A DNA stretch of 64,000 nucleotides from Planktothrix sp. GU0601_MAG3 (lineage in GTDB: Bacteria; Cyanobacteriota; Cyanobacteriia; Cyanobacteriales; Microcoleaceae), in contig CP136572.1 of assembly GCA_035193785.1 (NCBI GenBank), positions 1,408,001 to 1,472,000 of the forward strand, read 5' to 3'. The notes under the pieces are model-generated. The model was not told where the DNA came from, ran no database searches, and saw only the letters and a program-made list of their open reading frames with translations. The translations under genes and the position numbers were made by a program. Shown here in pieces: positions 46,383 to 57,788 of the stretch (within the stretch, counting starts at the first letter, position 1; every line of letters starts with the position of its first letter).

Positions 46383-46625
46383 AAAATATCAGGTATTCCA
46401 CCTTAAAATAAACTACAATTTGCCCCGTCACCACAGTCCGTGATAAAGCAAAATGAAACTTCACAAATTCCTGCTAAAATGTCTTCGGGTTTGCATTGAC
46501 AGTTTTGATTAATTAAGTTTTGACACGGACGCTGTTTTTTCTGGGTTTCACTGTGGAGAATAAGAGGAAGAATTCCAGAGGTTCCCCAATTGTGCAATAA
46601 TAATCCGGCAGTCTCCTAACTAAGC

Positions 46626-47669
46626 GTGCGTCCGATGGCCGACAGTCCCCAAGCTCCCGATGAACTGATCCAGGTTTTAGCAGAATTTCAGGATCTGCAT
46701 TTTGAACTCCCCGATCCAGAAGCAGAAATCCCTGAATTGGATTTTGAACAGCAAATTGATGTCGCTTGGAAAGTTTGCGATCGCTTTGATTTGCAAACCG
46801 AAATTTGGCGCGGCAGAATATTAAGAGTTGTCCGCGATCGCGAAAAAAAAGGCGGCGAAGGAAGGGGTACAGGCTTTTTAAATTGGTTAAAAGAACGGGA
46901 AATTAGCAAAAGTCAGGCCTATGCTTTAATTGAATTAGCTAATAGCGCTGATGCCTTATTACTTCAAGGTCATCTTAATCCCGATGCAATTAATAACTTT
47001 AGTAAAAGAGCGTTTATAGAAACCGCAAAAGCCCCCGCAGAAGTGCAACAAATGGTTAGTGATGCGGCTTGTAATGGCGATCGCATTACCCGTCGCGAAG
47101 TCCGACAATTGAATGATGAATGGACGGCAATGAGTTCCGATTTAATTCCCGATAGCATTCGAGAAAAAGCCACGGAAGGGGCTATGCCACCTCGATATTT
47201 GGCGCCATTAGTGCGGGAAATGGAAAAACTACCGGAAGTTCATATTACGGAATTACAACGGGAAATGATCGAAAATCCCGATGTTGATACGATTAAACAG
47301 TTAACATCAGAAGCAAAAAATTTATCGAAATATTTGGATGCTGCGGGTCAAGTTCAAGCCTTAAATCAGTCTTCTGTCGATATGGAAATGGCATTAGAAG
47401 AAGCGTTGCGGGTGGGATGTTTAAATACGGCTTCTGATTTAGTTAAACAGGCTACTGTCCTCGAACAAACTATGGTTAAATTGTATAGCAGTTGGAAACG
47501 AGTTGGTAGTTTGGCGGATAGATTATATGTGGATACGGGGGCAAGTACCCCCCATTTGCGATCGCTTTTAGGCTGTTTAGAACAGTTAGCAGGTCAAATT
47601 ATTGAAGTGCAATTAGGCGATGGTAGCGAGGGCCGAATTCGCTTACAAATTCTATCGGATAATGAATGA
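46626..47669 (+). CDS. conserved cyanobacterial hypothetical protein
   Basis: 347-aa ORF with typical codon use and HIP1 sites; CDRFDLQTEIWRGRILR, FSKRAF.ETA. Confidence 0.75.
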   Translation: MRPMADSPQAPDELIQVLAEFQDLHFELPDPEAEIPELDFEQQIDVAWKVCDRFDLQTEIWRGRILRVVRDREKKGGEGRGTGFLNWLKEREISKSQAYALIELANSADALLLQGHLNPDAINNFSKRAFIETAKAPAEVQQMVSDAACNGDRITRREVRQLNDEWTAMSSDLIPDSIREKATEGAMPPRYLAPLVREMEKLPEVHITELQREMIENPDVDTIKQLTSEAKNLSKYLDAAGQVQALNQSSVDMEMALEEALRVGCLNTASDLVKQATVLEQTMVKLYSSWKRVGSLADRLYVDTGASTPHLRSLLGCLEQLAGQIIEVQLGDGSEGRIRLQILSDNE

Positions 47670-47677
47670 TTAAAACC

Positions 47678-47842
47678 GTAGGGGCGGGTTTCTGCAATAA
47701 TTTCTAATATCTATAGATAATCTTTCTAAACCCGCCCAACCCCACAATTAAGATTAAATTAATCATTAATTCTGGGATGGGTCAGGGCGGGTTTTGGTAG
47801 ATTATTTGTGGGTATTAAAGGTTAACTCTAACCCGCCCCTAC
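47678..47842. repeat. two REP-like inverted repeats (GGGGCGGGTTT...AACCCGCCC)
   Basis: Visible palindromic arms with variable loops. Confidence 0.85.
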
Positions 47843-48018
47843 GGGGTCGTAAGTGATTATTAAGATTAAAAATAGGTAAAAATATTAACAATAGATTAAA
47901 TTTTAAATTTCGCCTCAAATTCCAAATTATAGAATAAAATAGAATCAAATGCTTTCAGGGTTAAAAAGCATCCCTTATCATATAACTTAAACTTTGATTA
48001 ATTGCCATTAATATTATT

Positions 48019-49449
48019 ATGGTCAATGCTTACGCTATGGAAACGTCATCTTTACTGCTTCCTTTCTCGTCAATTAATGACTTAAAATTAGAGTCAACCC
48101 TCAAGGATTTATCTTTATATGATGTTCCAGTTGATCTCAACCAACCTGGAATTATTCTGACTCAAAAGTTAGAAGAAAATCCCCTAATTCCCGGAGTAAT
48201 ATTAACTCAAAATGGTCAGTTTAGTGGGATGATTTCTCGACGAATATTTTTAGAATGTTTAAGTCGTCCCTATGGACGAGAACTATTTTTACAAAGGTCT
48301 ATTCGTTCATTACAAAGGTTCGCCCAAAGTCAATTATTGATTTTATCAGGAGATACTTTAATTGTAGAAGCAGCCCATCAAGTTGTCAAGCGATCGCCTG
48401 AATTATTATATGAACCCATTGTAGTTCAGTTAACAGAAAATCGTTATCAACTCCTCGACATTCAACAGTTATTAGTTGCTCAATCCCATATTCATCAATT
48501 AGCAACTGAATTATTACGTCAACAAGCTCAATCCCAATTAATTCAAACTGAAAAATTGGCAAGTTTGGGAAAAATGGTCGCCGGAGTTGCCCATGAAATC
48601 AGAAATCCTGTTAGTTGTATTTTAGGTAATTCTAGTTGTCTTTTAAATTATTATCAAGATTTAATGAAGTTAATTCAAACCTATGAAGAAAATATAGAAA
48701 AACCTTGTGCTGCGATTGATGATTTTAAAGCAGAAATTGATTTTGAATTTTTACAACCAGACTTAGGAGAAGCAATTAAAAGTATTTCAGTTAGTTCAGA
48801 ACGTCTGGGTCAACTTGTTAATAGTTTGCATAGTTTTTCTCACATGGATGGTAGTCAACGACGAGAAATTAATATCCATGATTGTCTGGATGGGACGTTA
48901 TTAATTTTAAAAAATCGTCTGAAACAGAAAATAGAAGTAGTTAAAAATTATGGTGATATTCCTTTGATTAAATGCTATTCTGGCCAACTAAGTCAAGTGT
49001 TTATGAACCTAATTTCTAATGCCATTGATGCCTTAGAAGAAACCGATAAAAAATCTCCCAAAATCGAGATTAATACCCGGATTAAAACCCTATCTGAAGA
49101 TCAAATATATCCGGCTAAATTAGCCAAACTTTCCCAAGAAAATCGGTTATTATATTGTTTACCAACTTACCCAGAATCCCGATCTTTAATTGACCCAGAT
49201 ATTCCTGATACTGATGTTAACTCAGAATGGCTATCCATTTCTATTCGGGATAATGGAATGGGCATTCCCCAAGAGATTAAAACTCGAATTTTTGATACTT
49301 TCTTTACCACTAAACCCGCCGGAAAAGGTACAGGATTAGGATTAGCTATTAGCTACCAAATTATTAGCGAAAAGCATAGCGGTCAACTGAACTTTATTTC
49401 TGATTTAGGAGTGGGGACAGAATTTGAGATTTTATTACCAATCATTTAA
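48019..49449 (+). CDS. sensor histidine kinase with N-terminal CBS-like region
   Basis: EKLASLG.MVAGVAHEIRNP, QVFMNLISNAIDA, DNGMGI, FFTTKPAGKGTGLGL. Confidence 0.92.
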   Translation: MVNAYAMETSSLLLPFSSINDLKLESTLKDLSLYDVPVDLNQPGIILTQKLEENPLIPGVILTQNGQFSGMISRRIFLECLSRPYGRELFLQRSIRSLQRFAQSQLLILSGDTLIVEAAHQVVKRSPELLYEPIVVQLTENRYQLLDIQQLLVAQSHIHQLATELLRQQAQSQLIQTEKLASLGKMVAGVAHEIRNPVSCILGNSSCLLNYYQDLMKLIQTYEENIEKPCAAIDDFKAEIDFEFLQPDLGEAIKSISVSSERLGQLVNSLHSFSHMDGSQRREINIHDCLDGTLLILKNRLKQKIEVVKNYGDIPLIKCYSGQLSQVFMNLISNAIDALEETDKKSPKIEINTRIKTLSEDQIYPAKLAKLSQENRLLYCLPTYPESRSLIDPDIPDTDVNSEWLSISIRDNGMGIPQEIKTRIFDTFFTTKPAGKGTGLGLAISYQIISEKHSGQLNFISDLGVGTEFEILLPII

Positions 49450-49463
49450 AAATAGTTATCAGT

Positions 49464-49595
49464 TGTAGGGGCGGGTTTCATCGAGATGCGCGGTGATTAA
49501 CAAAGATCTCACACCAACCCGCCCGTACCCGAAATCAATTATCAGTTGTAGGGGCGAATTTAGGTAATCAGCTACATATCTAAAAGAACCCGCCC
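49464..49595. repeat. two REP-like inverted repeats
   Basis: GTAGGGGCG...ACCCGCCC pairs between convergent genes. Confidence 0.8.
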
Positions 49596-49606
49596 TTAAC
49601 AGTTAT

Positions 49607-50416
49607 CTAACTTGATAATTGATGATTGATAACTGATTGTTTCATGGTTTCTAATAAACTCAGAGGTAAATTAAACTGATTTATTTCTCCTATGCCATGA
49701 TAATCACTCCCTCCAGTTTTTAATATACCATGTTGTTCACAAAGTTTTTCTAAGCGTTGAATTTGTGATAAACTATGGTGAGGATGATAAACTTCTAACC
49801 CCATTAATCCAGCTTCTAATAACTCTTGAAAAACCGTTTCAATCTTTCCCCCTTGATATAAATAAGGATGAGCCCAAACCGGAATTGCACCGCAGGATTT
49901 TAATAATTTAATCCCATCAATACTAGAAAATTTGTCATACTGAACAAATGCAGGTTTATAATCTCCTAACCAGCGATCAAAAGCTTCTTTAGTAGACTTA
50001 ACATAACCCGCTTTGACCATCGCCATAGCAATATGGGGACGGGCTACCGCCATTCCTTCCCCCATGGGTTCTAACTCAATTGGATAACCCAATTCAGCCA
50101 GTTTTTCCATGATCTGAGTGGCTCTATTTTTGCGTCCATTCAAACGTTCTTTGAGAGGATCTTCTAATTGATTTCTATTAGGATAAAACCCTAAAATATG
50201 TAATGATCTTTCATTATAAACCGTTGATAATTCCACACCTGGGACAATTTCTATACCATAGAATTGCGCCGCCTGAAATGCTTCTTCCCAACCCGATAAA
50301 GTATCATGATCCGTAATTGCTAATGCCTTAACTCCAGCATCGGCGGCGACCTTCACCAGTTCCGTTGGAGTCAATTGACCATCGGAGTAGGTGGTATGAC
50401 AGTGTAGTTCTAACAT
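49607..50416 (-). CDS. PHP domain metal-dependent phosphoesterase
   Basis: LHCHTTYSDG, AITDHD, GVELS, AHP, GGSDYHG. Confidence 0.92.
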   Translation of the reverse strand: MLELHCHTTYSDGQLTPTELVKVAADAGVKALAITDHDTLSGWEEAFQAAQFYGIEIVPGVELSTVYNERSLHILGFYPNRNQLEDPLKERLNGRKNRATQIMEKLAELGYPIELEPMGEGMAVARPHIAMAMVKAGYVKSTKEAFDRWLGDYKPAFVQYDKFSSIDGIKLLKSCGAIPVWAHPYLYQGGKIETVFQELLEAGLMGLEVYHPHHSLSQIQRLEKLCEQHGILKTGGSDYHGIGEINQFNLPLSLLETMKQSVINHQLSS

Positions 50417-50497
50417 AGGTTAATCAATCTCCAGGGGACTGTTTGCTTTGAGTATACTCCGATGAATCCCTAAGTGGAGATTGATGATACTATAGTT

Positions 50498-50815
50498 TTA
50501 AGATTCAGGTGTGGATAATGTTAATAAAAAGGCTAAATTAGACTCTGCTTTTAAAGCATGGGGAGCATTAGCAGCCATGACAATAAAAATACCGGGTTCT
50601 AATTGGATATCTTCCCCATTTAAGGTTAAAATTCCTTCTCCTTCTAAGACCTGAACCGTTGCATTTTGAGTAGAGGTATGTTCAGAAATATCAGTTCCTT
50701 TTGCTAAACAAAATAGGGTATATTGGCAGATGTCATTTTTCCAAAGCACTGAACTGAAAATCCCAGATTCTGAATATTTGATTTTCTCCTTTAAATTTAA
50801 AATAATTTGAGTCAT
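50498..50815 (-). CDS. cupin domain protein
   Basis: ISEHTS...VQVLEGEG, M.ANAPHALKA. Confidence 0.88.
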   Translation of the reverse strand: MTQIILNLKEKIKYSESGIFSSVLWKNDICQYTLFCLAKGTDISEHTSTQNATVQVLEGEGILTLNGEDIQLEPGIFIVMAANAPHALKAESNLAFLLTLSTPES

Positions 50816-50827
50816 GGTTAAATCCTT

Positions 50828-53800
50828 TTACCAAAGTTGATGGGTTTGCAAGAAATCTTGAATGGTTTGATAGAGTAAATGGGCTTGTGCTGGAGAAAAG
50901 CCTCCATGACCTGCCCCTGGTATAGTTAATAATTGATTAGCTACCCCTAATTCATCTAGCTTGAGATGGATTTTAACCGCTTGTTGATGGGGAACTAATT
51001 CATCTTGATCCCCATGAATGGTTAAAATGGGAGGTAATCCGGGGCGAACATAATTGATTGGGGAAATTTTAGTGGCTAATTCCTGAGTATTGGGTTGTTT
51101 ACCAAACCACATCAGAGCATAATCTTGGCGGTTAACTCCCAATAAAATATCATTAACATCCATAATCCCAAATAGATTAATAATTGCTGCGACTTTTAAT
51201 TCGGGGAGGTTTTCATTATTAGCCGTTTCTGTTAATAAATCAAATCCGGCAGCATTTGGTAAAATACTACATAAAGTTGCTAAATGTCCCCCGGCTGAAC
51301 CACCGATAACGACAATTTTATTCGGATCAAATTGATATTCAGCAGCATGGGAAAAGACCCAGCGCAAAGCATACCTAACATCTTCAACCGCCGCCGGAGC
51401 TAAAGCTACATTCCCCAAACGATACTGAACATTAACAATCGACCATCCTTGGGTCAAAAATGGGAATAGTTGGGGTAGAACTCCCTCTTTGCTTCCCGAT
51501 ATCCAACCGCCACCATGAACCGCCACCAAAGTTTTATTGGCTCCCTTGAGGTTTCTGGGGTTTGTAGATAGTAGGGGTCGAGGGGGGCTTTGCAACCCCC
51601 GACTCCCATACAAAACCGTGCTTGCGACTTTCACCGCACACGGCTCCTAGTCAGTTGTGCTGTTATCATCAGAACATCCGGTTTCTTTTGAGTCATAAGA
51701 CCCGTCTGTTGCCGTTTTAGTATCGTGACAATGGCGGTGTAGTAATTGCAGGTTTTTATAATCATTCTTTCCACCTTTCGATGTAGGGATGATATGGTCG
51801 ATTTCTGCAATATCTTCTGTGTTGAAATATTGACCACAGAAGGTACACTTACCTTTCTGTTTTTTAAGTAGAAAAGCTACTTTGTTGGGTACATCAAAAG
51901 ATGTACCTTTTCGCGTACTCCAATATGTCCAGTTTCCGTCATAAGGTGATGCTTCAGGTCTTATCGTTACATGGCGGGTGATAGGTGTTTCAGCGTGGGT
52001 TGTTAGTCTAAAACCATCTTTGGTTTCAAAACTCCATGCTTTATTACCATTATTTCTGAAATACTTTTTCAGTTTCCCGTAACTTGCTTTACCGCATCTG
52101 TTGACTGTCCATGCTCTTAATCTTTGCCATGTTATGTAGTCTAGTGAGGAGTATGTTTCTTTGGAAACAACTTTGGAATGGTAGTTACACCATCCTCTAA
52201 TTACAGGGTTTAGGTGTTTGATTAATGCGTATTGGGGTGCAGTTTTGTGGGTTTTAATCACTGCCTTCACCTTATCCGCGTGAGCTTTAATTGCCTTCTT
52301 ACTAGGTTTTATTAGGGTTTTGAATCCTAATAGTTTTGAATTTTTACCTCCTGTTTTCCCCGAATGATGTTTACCAACAGGATATTGTCGGAAGTTCCAA
52401 CCTAGAAAGTCGAATCCTGGTGATACCTTTTTGCCATTTACTTCGATTTCTTTCAGTGTGTGGCATATACGGGTTTTAGCTGGTTTCAGTTCTAACCTTA
52501 TAGGTTTTAACCATTCTTCGATGGCAATTTGGCACTGTTGTATGATTTCTAATTGTGGACTAATGACCACGAAATCATCGGCGTATCTGATGACTTTGGC
52601 TTGAACGTATCCTCCCTTTTTGGGGAATTTGTTATCAATAAGCCTAATCATTCCATCCAGTGCGATGTTTGCAAGTAAGGGACTGATGACTCCTCCTTGT
52701 GGAGTGCCTGCCTCTGTTGCGTTAAATATGCCGTTGTCCATAACTCCAGCTTTTAACCATTGTCTGATTTGAGCTTTAATTGTTGATGGACAATCAATTT
52801 TGGACAGTAGGTAATCATGATTAATCTGATCGAAACACTTTGAGATGTCAGCATCTAAGATGAAATATTCACCTTTATTGATGCTTTGGAAGATTCTTGA
52901 CATTGCGTCGTGGGCAGAGCGTCCAGGTCTGAAACCCGTAACTTTCACCCTCGAATCTGGCCTCCCATTGTGGTTCTAACGCCGATTTAACCAAGGCTTG
53001 CCTTACTCTGTCGTTTATAGTTGGGATTCCTAGAGGTCTTTCCTCCACGTTGGATTTGGGTATCCATTTCCTTCTGAGTGGTTTAGCCTTTTGGTATTTA
53101 CTAAGACTTTCAACAAGTTCTAATCGTTGTTTGGGTGTGATGGATTTAACTCCGTCTACCCCTGCGGTTTTCTTGCCTTGGTTGTCTTGCGTAACCCTTC
53201 TAACTGCTAAGAGTTTGGCGTAATATGACTTAACTAGAAGTTTTTGGAGCTTCCGAGATGCGGCATTTTGTCCCGATAATGATGCCTGGTAAATTCGCTT
53301 TTGCAGCTTGAATACTTTTCGTTGAACTTTCGCCCAATTTATAGTTTTCCATGCTTCCGTAGTCTTGGTTATACTCGTTTTCACCGTTTGTACTGCTAAT
53401 GGAGACTTTACCTAACAACTAGACCGGAATCTATCGGCATATCCTAAACATTACATCTAGGCATTAGCTTTTGACTCCATCTCTCGCCCTCATAACATAC
53501 GTCTTAGATTTGTGACTACCTGACAGTGTTCGACCTCTGTAGGAGTTAATGAGGGGTTTTAACGTTCCTTGAAAGTGGGTTTATTGCCTTTAGAATCATC
53601 CTATCTGCCGGGGTACTTTCGGAAGTCTTAGTAAGTGTTCTGGATAGAACCTTACCTTTTATAGAAGTGTATAAAAACTTCTATCTTTTCCCCTTGTTCT
53701 TTTTGAACGCAGCGTAATCAAGTCATTTTCGCTACACAATTCTCACGACAGTTCAAGCCGGATGTTCACTTTCGTTAATCATGGGCAATTGGCTAGAGAA

Positions 53801-54201
53801 CTTCTTAGGCATTTGACTTATACCCGATTTCCCGTTATTCCCAGCTTCAACGTTTTGATAATCAATCTGGCGTTGTGGGAATTGCCGAATCTCTTTGGTT
53901 GGGCTACCGTACTTTTAACGTTCGGTAAGCCGCACCATTGACTCCGAGATTGACCTTCCTTTAAGGTCACATTTTCAAAGTTAAGACAGGCTTGACTGGG
54001 TTTATTAGTGGATTTAACTCCATTTACCAATTGTCTGAACCTGTCTCCCTGCTTACGTTTCGGGGTTTAACCCTAGACTTTGGCAGGAACGTCTCGCACA
54101 TCCAGATGAACTGTAACATCATTAATCTGGCGATAGGGAATATTGGGGAAAACTTCGATTCCTTCAAATAGGAAACGTCCCAGTTCAGCAAAATTGGACA
54201 T
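50828..54201 (-). CDS. alpha/beta hydrolase (esterase/lipase) interrupted by a group II intron; exon 1 ~54100-54201, exon 2 ~50828-51570
   Basis: Exon 1 MSNFAELGRFLFEGIEVFPNIPYRQINDVTVHLD joins exon 2 IYKPQNLKG..VHGGGW...GGSAGGHL...HGDQD...GAGHG. Confidence 0.88.
51571..54099 (-). mobile_element. group II intron (probably IIB / chloroplast-like)
   Basis: 5' GTGCG at 54099; domain V GAGCCGTGTGCGGTGAAAGTCGCAAGCACGGTTT; domain VI ending ...GACCCCTAC; flanking exons rejoin. Confidence 0.93.
51647..53384 (-). CDS. ltrA: intron-encoded reverse transcriptase/maturase/HNH endonuclease (apparent frameshift at 52931)
   Basis: RPLGIPT, YGFRPGRS, DADISKCFD, GTPQGGVISPLLANI, RYADD, LNPVIRGWCNY, DHIIP...NLQLLH..CH. 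Confidence 0.95.
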
Positions 54202-54384
54202 AAATTTAGTTAGGCGTTAAAGCCATGATAAGGGGTGGCAACAATCCGATACAATAAGCCTTAACTATCATAAATGGAGATTAAATACATGACTGGCGAA
54301 ATTTTCTCAACCGCGTTCCTGTGCTTTTCCCTGATTCTGGTGGGTTTGGGCGGTGGCTTTCTGTTACTGAAAATCTAAGGCGGA

Positions 54385-54464
54385 GTGGGGGCAGGGGGAG
54401 CAGGGGAGGCAAGGGAAGCAGGGGAGGCAAGGGAAGCAGGGGAGGCAAGGGAAGCAGGGGAGGA
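54385..54464. repeat. 9-mer tandem array (GGGGAGGCA/GGGAAGCAG)
   Basis: Visible. Confidence 0.9.
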
Positions 54465-54818
54465 GGAAGAAAACTTTTATGTTCCTTGGTCTTTGGCTTG
54501 CACGTTTGTTTCCTCTGTTTCCTCTGACTCCGCAATAGTCAACAGTCTAACTGGGATAGATCAACACGCAGCCAGACATTGTGAAAAATGCCTTATTTAC
54601 TATTGCTCTGAACGATCCAATAATTCAGATAGGATGACGTTGTGGCATAGTTATCTATTGTTCCGTCCTAGTAATATTAAGGAGTGCGATCGCGCTTACT
54701 TACGACCAAAAGAGCGATCGCCCTTAAAATTAGCATAGACTAACAATATCTAATGTGTTACAATTGGATAAAACTCCACCCCAAAGAGTTTTTCCTAGTT
54801 TTATAATAGCTGAAAGAT

Positions 54819-55097
54819 ATGTTTTGGATTCTGAAAAACTCAATCAGCACAGATCCACAAGGATGCCTCAGTTTAAACCTCGAACCCAAGTCAACAGAGT
54901 ATCGCGTTCTCATCAACGAAACCGGACAGATTTTATTAGACCCAATAACCAACATACCCGATCGTGAACAGTGGTTGTGGCAAAATCCCCAAGCATTAGC
55001 CTCAGTCAAGTGTGGCCTCGCACAAGCAGCTAAAGGTGAAGTACATGACTTAGGCGACTTTTCTGGGTATGCTGATTTGGAGATTGAAGAGGAATAA
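54819..55097 (+). CDS. putative antitoxin (AbrB-like N-terminus)
   Basis: GQILLDP...IP.REQWLWQNP.ALASV..GL.QAA.G; directly upstream of a toxin remnant. Confidence 0.75.
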   Translation: MFWILKNSISTDPQGCLSLNLEPKSTEYRVLINETGQILLDPITNIPDREQWLWQNPQALASVKCGLAQAAKGEVHDLGDFSGYADLEIEEE

Positions 55098-55384
55098 ATT
55101 TTCGGATAGAATTTTCTTCATCAGCTAGAGATAGCTTAATTAATCCTCAATAACTCGATGCCAAAAAATACAATAAAGTGCTGAAAACACTTGGATTAAT
55201 GGCAACTAATTTACGCCATCCCAGCTTGAAAACTCATAAATACGACACATTATCAGGCCCTAATCAAGAAGAAATATTTGAGGCTTACGTCGAAAACAAA
55301 ACCCCAGCAGCGTTTCGAGTTTTTTGGTATTATGGCCCGGACAAAGGAGTAATCACAGTTATTGCCATCACACCTAATCCCTAA
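55094..55384 (+). pseudogene. RelE-like toxin pseudogene
   Basis: Frame reads (ATA)NFRIEFSSSARDSLINPQ*LDAKKYNKVLKTLGLM..NLRHPSL.THKY...AFRVFWYYGP; ATA at expected start and in-frame TAA at 55151. Confidence 0.75.
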
Positions 55385-55512
55385 AGTGCGATCGCTACCC
55401 CTGGACGACAGTATCTACAGGGCTGATCTTCAAATTTTTGTTAAGTTTTGTAAAAAAATGTGAGAATATTTGATAGCATACTTAACAAACTTTAATCTTT
55501 AGACTCATATTC

Positions 55513-56494
55513 ATGACTTTATTAATTGTTGGTGGGACTGGCACATTGGGTAGACAGGTGGTGCGACGCGCTATTGACGAGGGTTATAGCGTGCGCTGTT
55601 TAGCACGCAGTTACCGTAGAGCTTCATTTTTAAAAGAATGGGGGGCGGAATTGGTTCCTGGGGACTTGTGTGAACCTGAAACCTTAAAATCTGCCCTAGA
55701 AGGGGTAACGGCCGTAATTGACTTAGCTACAGCCCGTCCCACGGATTCATTAGGGATTAAACAAATAGACTGGAAAGGGAAAGTCTCTCTAATTCAAGCC
55801 GCCAAGGAAGCTGGAGTGGAAAGATTTATCTTCTTTTCCTTTTTGGATGCCGAGAAATATCCCCAAGTGCCCCTATTAGAAATCAAGCGCTGTACCGAAC
55901 TATTTCTAGCCGAGTCCGGTTTGAATTACACGATTTTAAGACCCTGTGGATTTTTTCAAGGTTTAATTGGTCAATATGCCATTCCAGTTTTAGATAAACA
56001 AGCGGTTTTGGTACCCGGCTTAAGTTCTGCCGTTGCCTATATGGACACCATGGATGTCGCTAAATTCGCGGTTAAAGCCCTATCCGTTTCCCGAAACCGA
56101 GAATAGAAGTTTTCCCATTGTCGGTTCCAAAGCCTGGACAGCCGAGGAAATTATTCGTTTATGCGAGCGGCTTTCTGGGAAAGAGGCAAAAATCACCCGC
56201 ACCCCCACCCAAGTCCTACGTCTATTCCGGCAAGTTACGCGCTGGTTTCAGTGGAGTTGGAACGTTTCTGACCGTCTAGCCTTTGCTGAGGTTTTAGCCA
56301 ATGGTCAATCCTTGCAGGCTTCAATGGATGAAACCTATCAAGTCTTTGGTATCGACCCCAAGGAGATCAGCAGCTTAGAAACCTATATGCAGGAATATTT
56401 TAGTCGAATTATGAAAAAATTGAAAGAATTAGAATATGAACAGGAAAAACTGAAAAAACGGAAACAGAGAAGCAATCCCTTCAAGCCCCTCTAA
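55513..56494 (+). CDS. ycf39: Ycf39-like NAD(P)-binding SDR/NmrA protein (apparent frameshift at 56086-56090)
   Basis: GGTGTLGRQV, FLKEWGAELV.GDL, YPQVPLLEIK, DRLAFAEVL, YFSRIMKKLKEL. Confidence 0.85.
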
Positions 56495-56699
56495 CTGCAC
56501 GCAATCGCCCAGAGACAGAGTATGCTTTAACTATAGCTAGATTTTTGTGTCTGATCAGAATTGGGATGGAAATTCCGGTTCTGGGATGGAGGTACTAAGC
56601 TGTTAGGTATTTAAACCTGATTTCCCAATCACCAATTTAGATGCTTAACAGTTTACTTACCTCTTACTCTGTTTAAACCTAATTTTAACAAAACGTCGC

Positions 56700-57617
56700 G
56701 TGCCAAAAGTAGGGATTATTTATAATGACGCCAAACCCACCGCTTGTCGTGCTGCCAACGAGATCAAAGATAAGCTGATAGGGCGGGGATTGAAGGTTTG
56801 CACTGCACCCGGAACCGGGGGCATCCTGGGCTATGCCACTGGGCCGAATCCTTTACATCGGATTCCTATGGATAAGCTGGCCCCGCCTGATTTTGATCAG
56901 GAGATGATGTTTGCTATCGTTCTGGGGGGGGATGGTACTGTTCTGTCGGCTTCTCGTCAACTGGCTCCCCATGGAATTCCTCTGTTGGCAGTGAATACGG
57001 GTCACATGGGATTTTTAACCGAAACCTACCTAAATCAATTGCCTTCGGTCTTGGAACAAGTTATCGACGGAAACCATATCGTTGAAAACCGCACCATGAT
57101 TGCGGTGGAGGTGTGTCAGTCAGAACAAGTGCTGTGGGAAGCTTTGTGTTTGAATGAAATGGTGTTACACCGGGAACCCATGACCTGTATGTGTCATTTT
57201 GAAATTAAAATCGGTCGTCATGCTCCGGTGGATATTGCTGCCGACGGGGTGATTATTTCCACTCCCACGGGTTCAACGGCCTATTCTTTGTCGGCTGGGG
57301 GGGCGGTGGTGACCCCCGGGGTGGAGGTGTTACAGTTACTCCCCATCTGTCCCCATTCTTTGGCTTCTCGGGCTTTGATTTATGGGGAAAAGGAACCTGT
57401 GATTATCTATCCCGCTAGTCCTAACCAGTTGGTGATGGTGGTGGATGGCAATGGAGGCTGTTATGTCCTTCCAGACTATCAGGTGAGGGTTCAGCGATCG
57501 CCCTATCATGCCAAATTTATTCGGCTTCAACCCCCGGAATTTTTTCAAGTTCTCCGGGAAAAATTGGGCTGGGGACTGCCTCATATTGCTAAACCGACTT
57601 CCGTGGAATTACCGTAG
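56700..57617 (+). CDS. nadK: NAD(+) kinase
   Basis: [39 protein letters not shown]. Confidence 0.95.
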   Translation: MPKVGIIYNDAKPTACRAANEIKDKLIGRGLKVCTAPGTGGILGYATGPNPLHRIPMDKLAPPDFDQEMMFAIVLGGDGTVLSASRQLAPHGIPLLAVNTGHMGFLTETYLNQLPSVLEQVIDGNHIVENRTMIAVEVCQSEQVLWEALCLNEMVLHREPMTCMCHFEIKIGRHAPVDIAADGVIISTPTGSTAYSLSAGGAVVTPGVEVLQLLPICPHSLASRALIYGEKEPVIIYPASPNQLVMVVDGNGGCYVLPDYQVRVQRSPYHAKFIRLQPPEFFQVLREKLGWGLPHIAKPTSVELP

Positions 57618-57695
57618 GCAGGGGGGTAGAGGGAGTAGAGGGAGTAGCAGGGGGAGTAGGGGGAGGCAGGGGGAGGCAGGGGGAGCGGGGGGAAG
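57618..57695. repeat. G-rich 9-mer-type tandem array
   Basis: Visible. Confidence 0.8.
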
Positions 57696-57788
57696 TGTGT
57701 TGGGGCGCACGAATACCTAAATATTTAACTAGAAGTGTTAAAACAGTTTTAAGTTTTTTGAGCAAAACAAAATAAATAAAATAAATAA

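Noticed and set aside
51647..53384. RT as DGR, retron or defence RT
   Set aside because: It has maturase and HNH domains and lies inside recognisable group II intron RNA ends; no TR/VR pair or msr-msd seen
54545..54666. Possible third attC (GTCTAAC...ATAGATCAAC / GTTATCTAT...GTT)
   Set aside because: An imperfect hairpin exists but L/R box spacing does not fit attC; left uncalled
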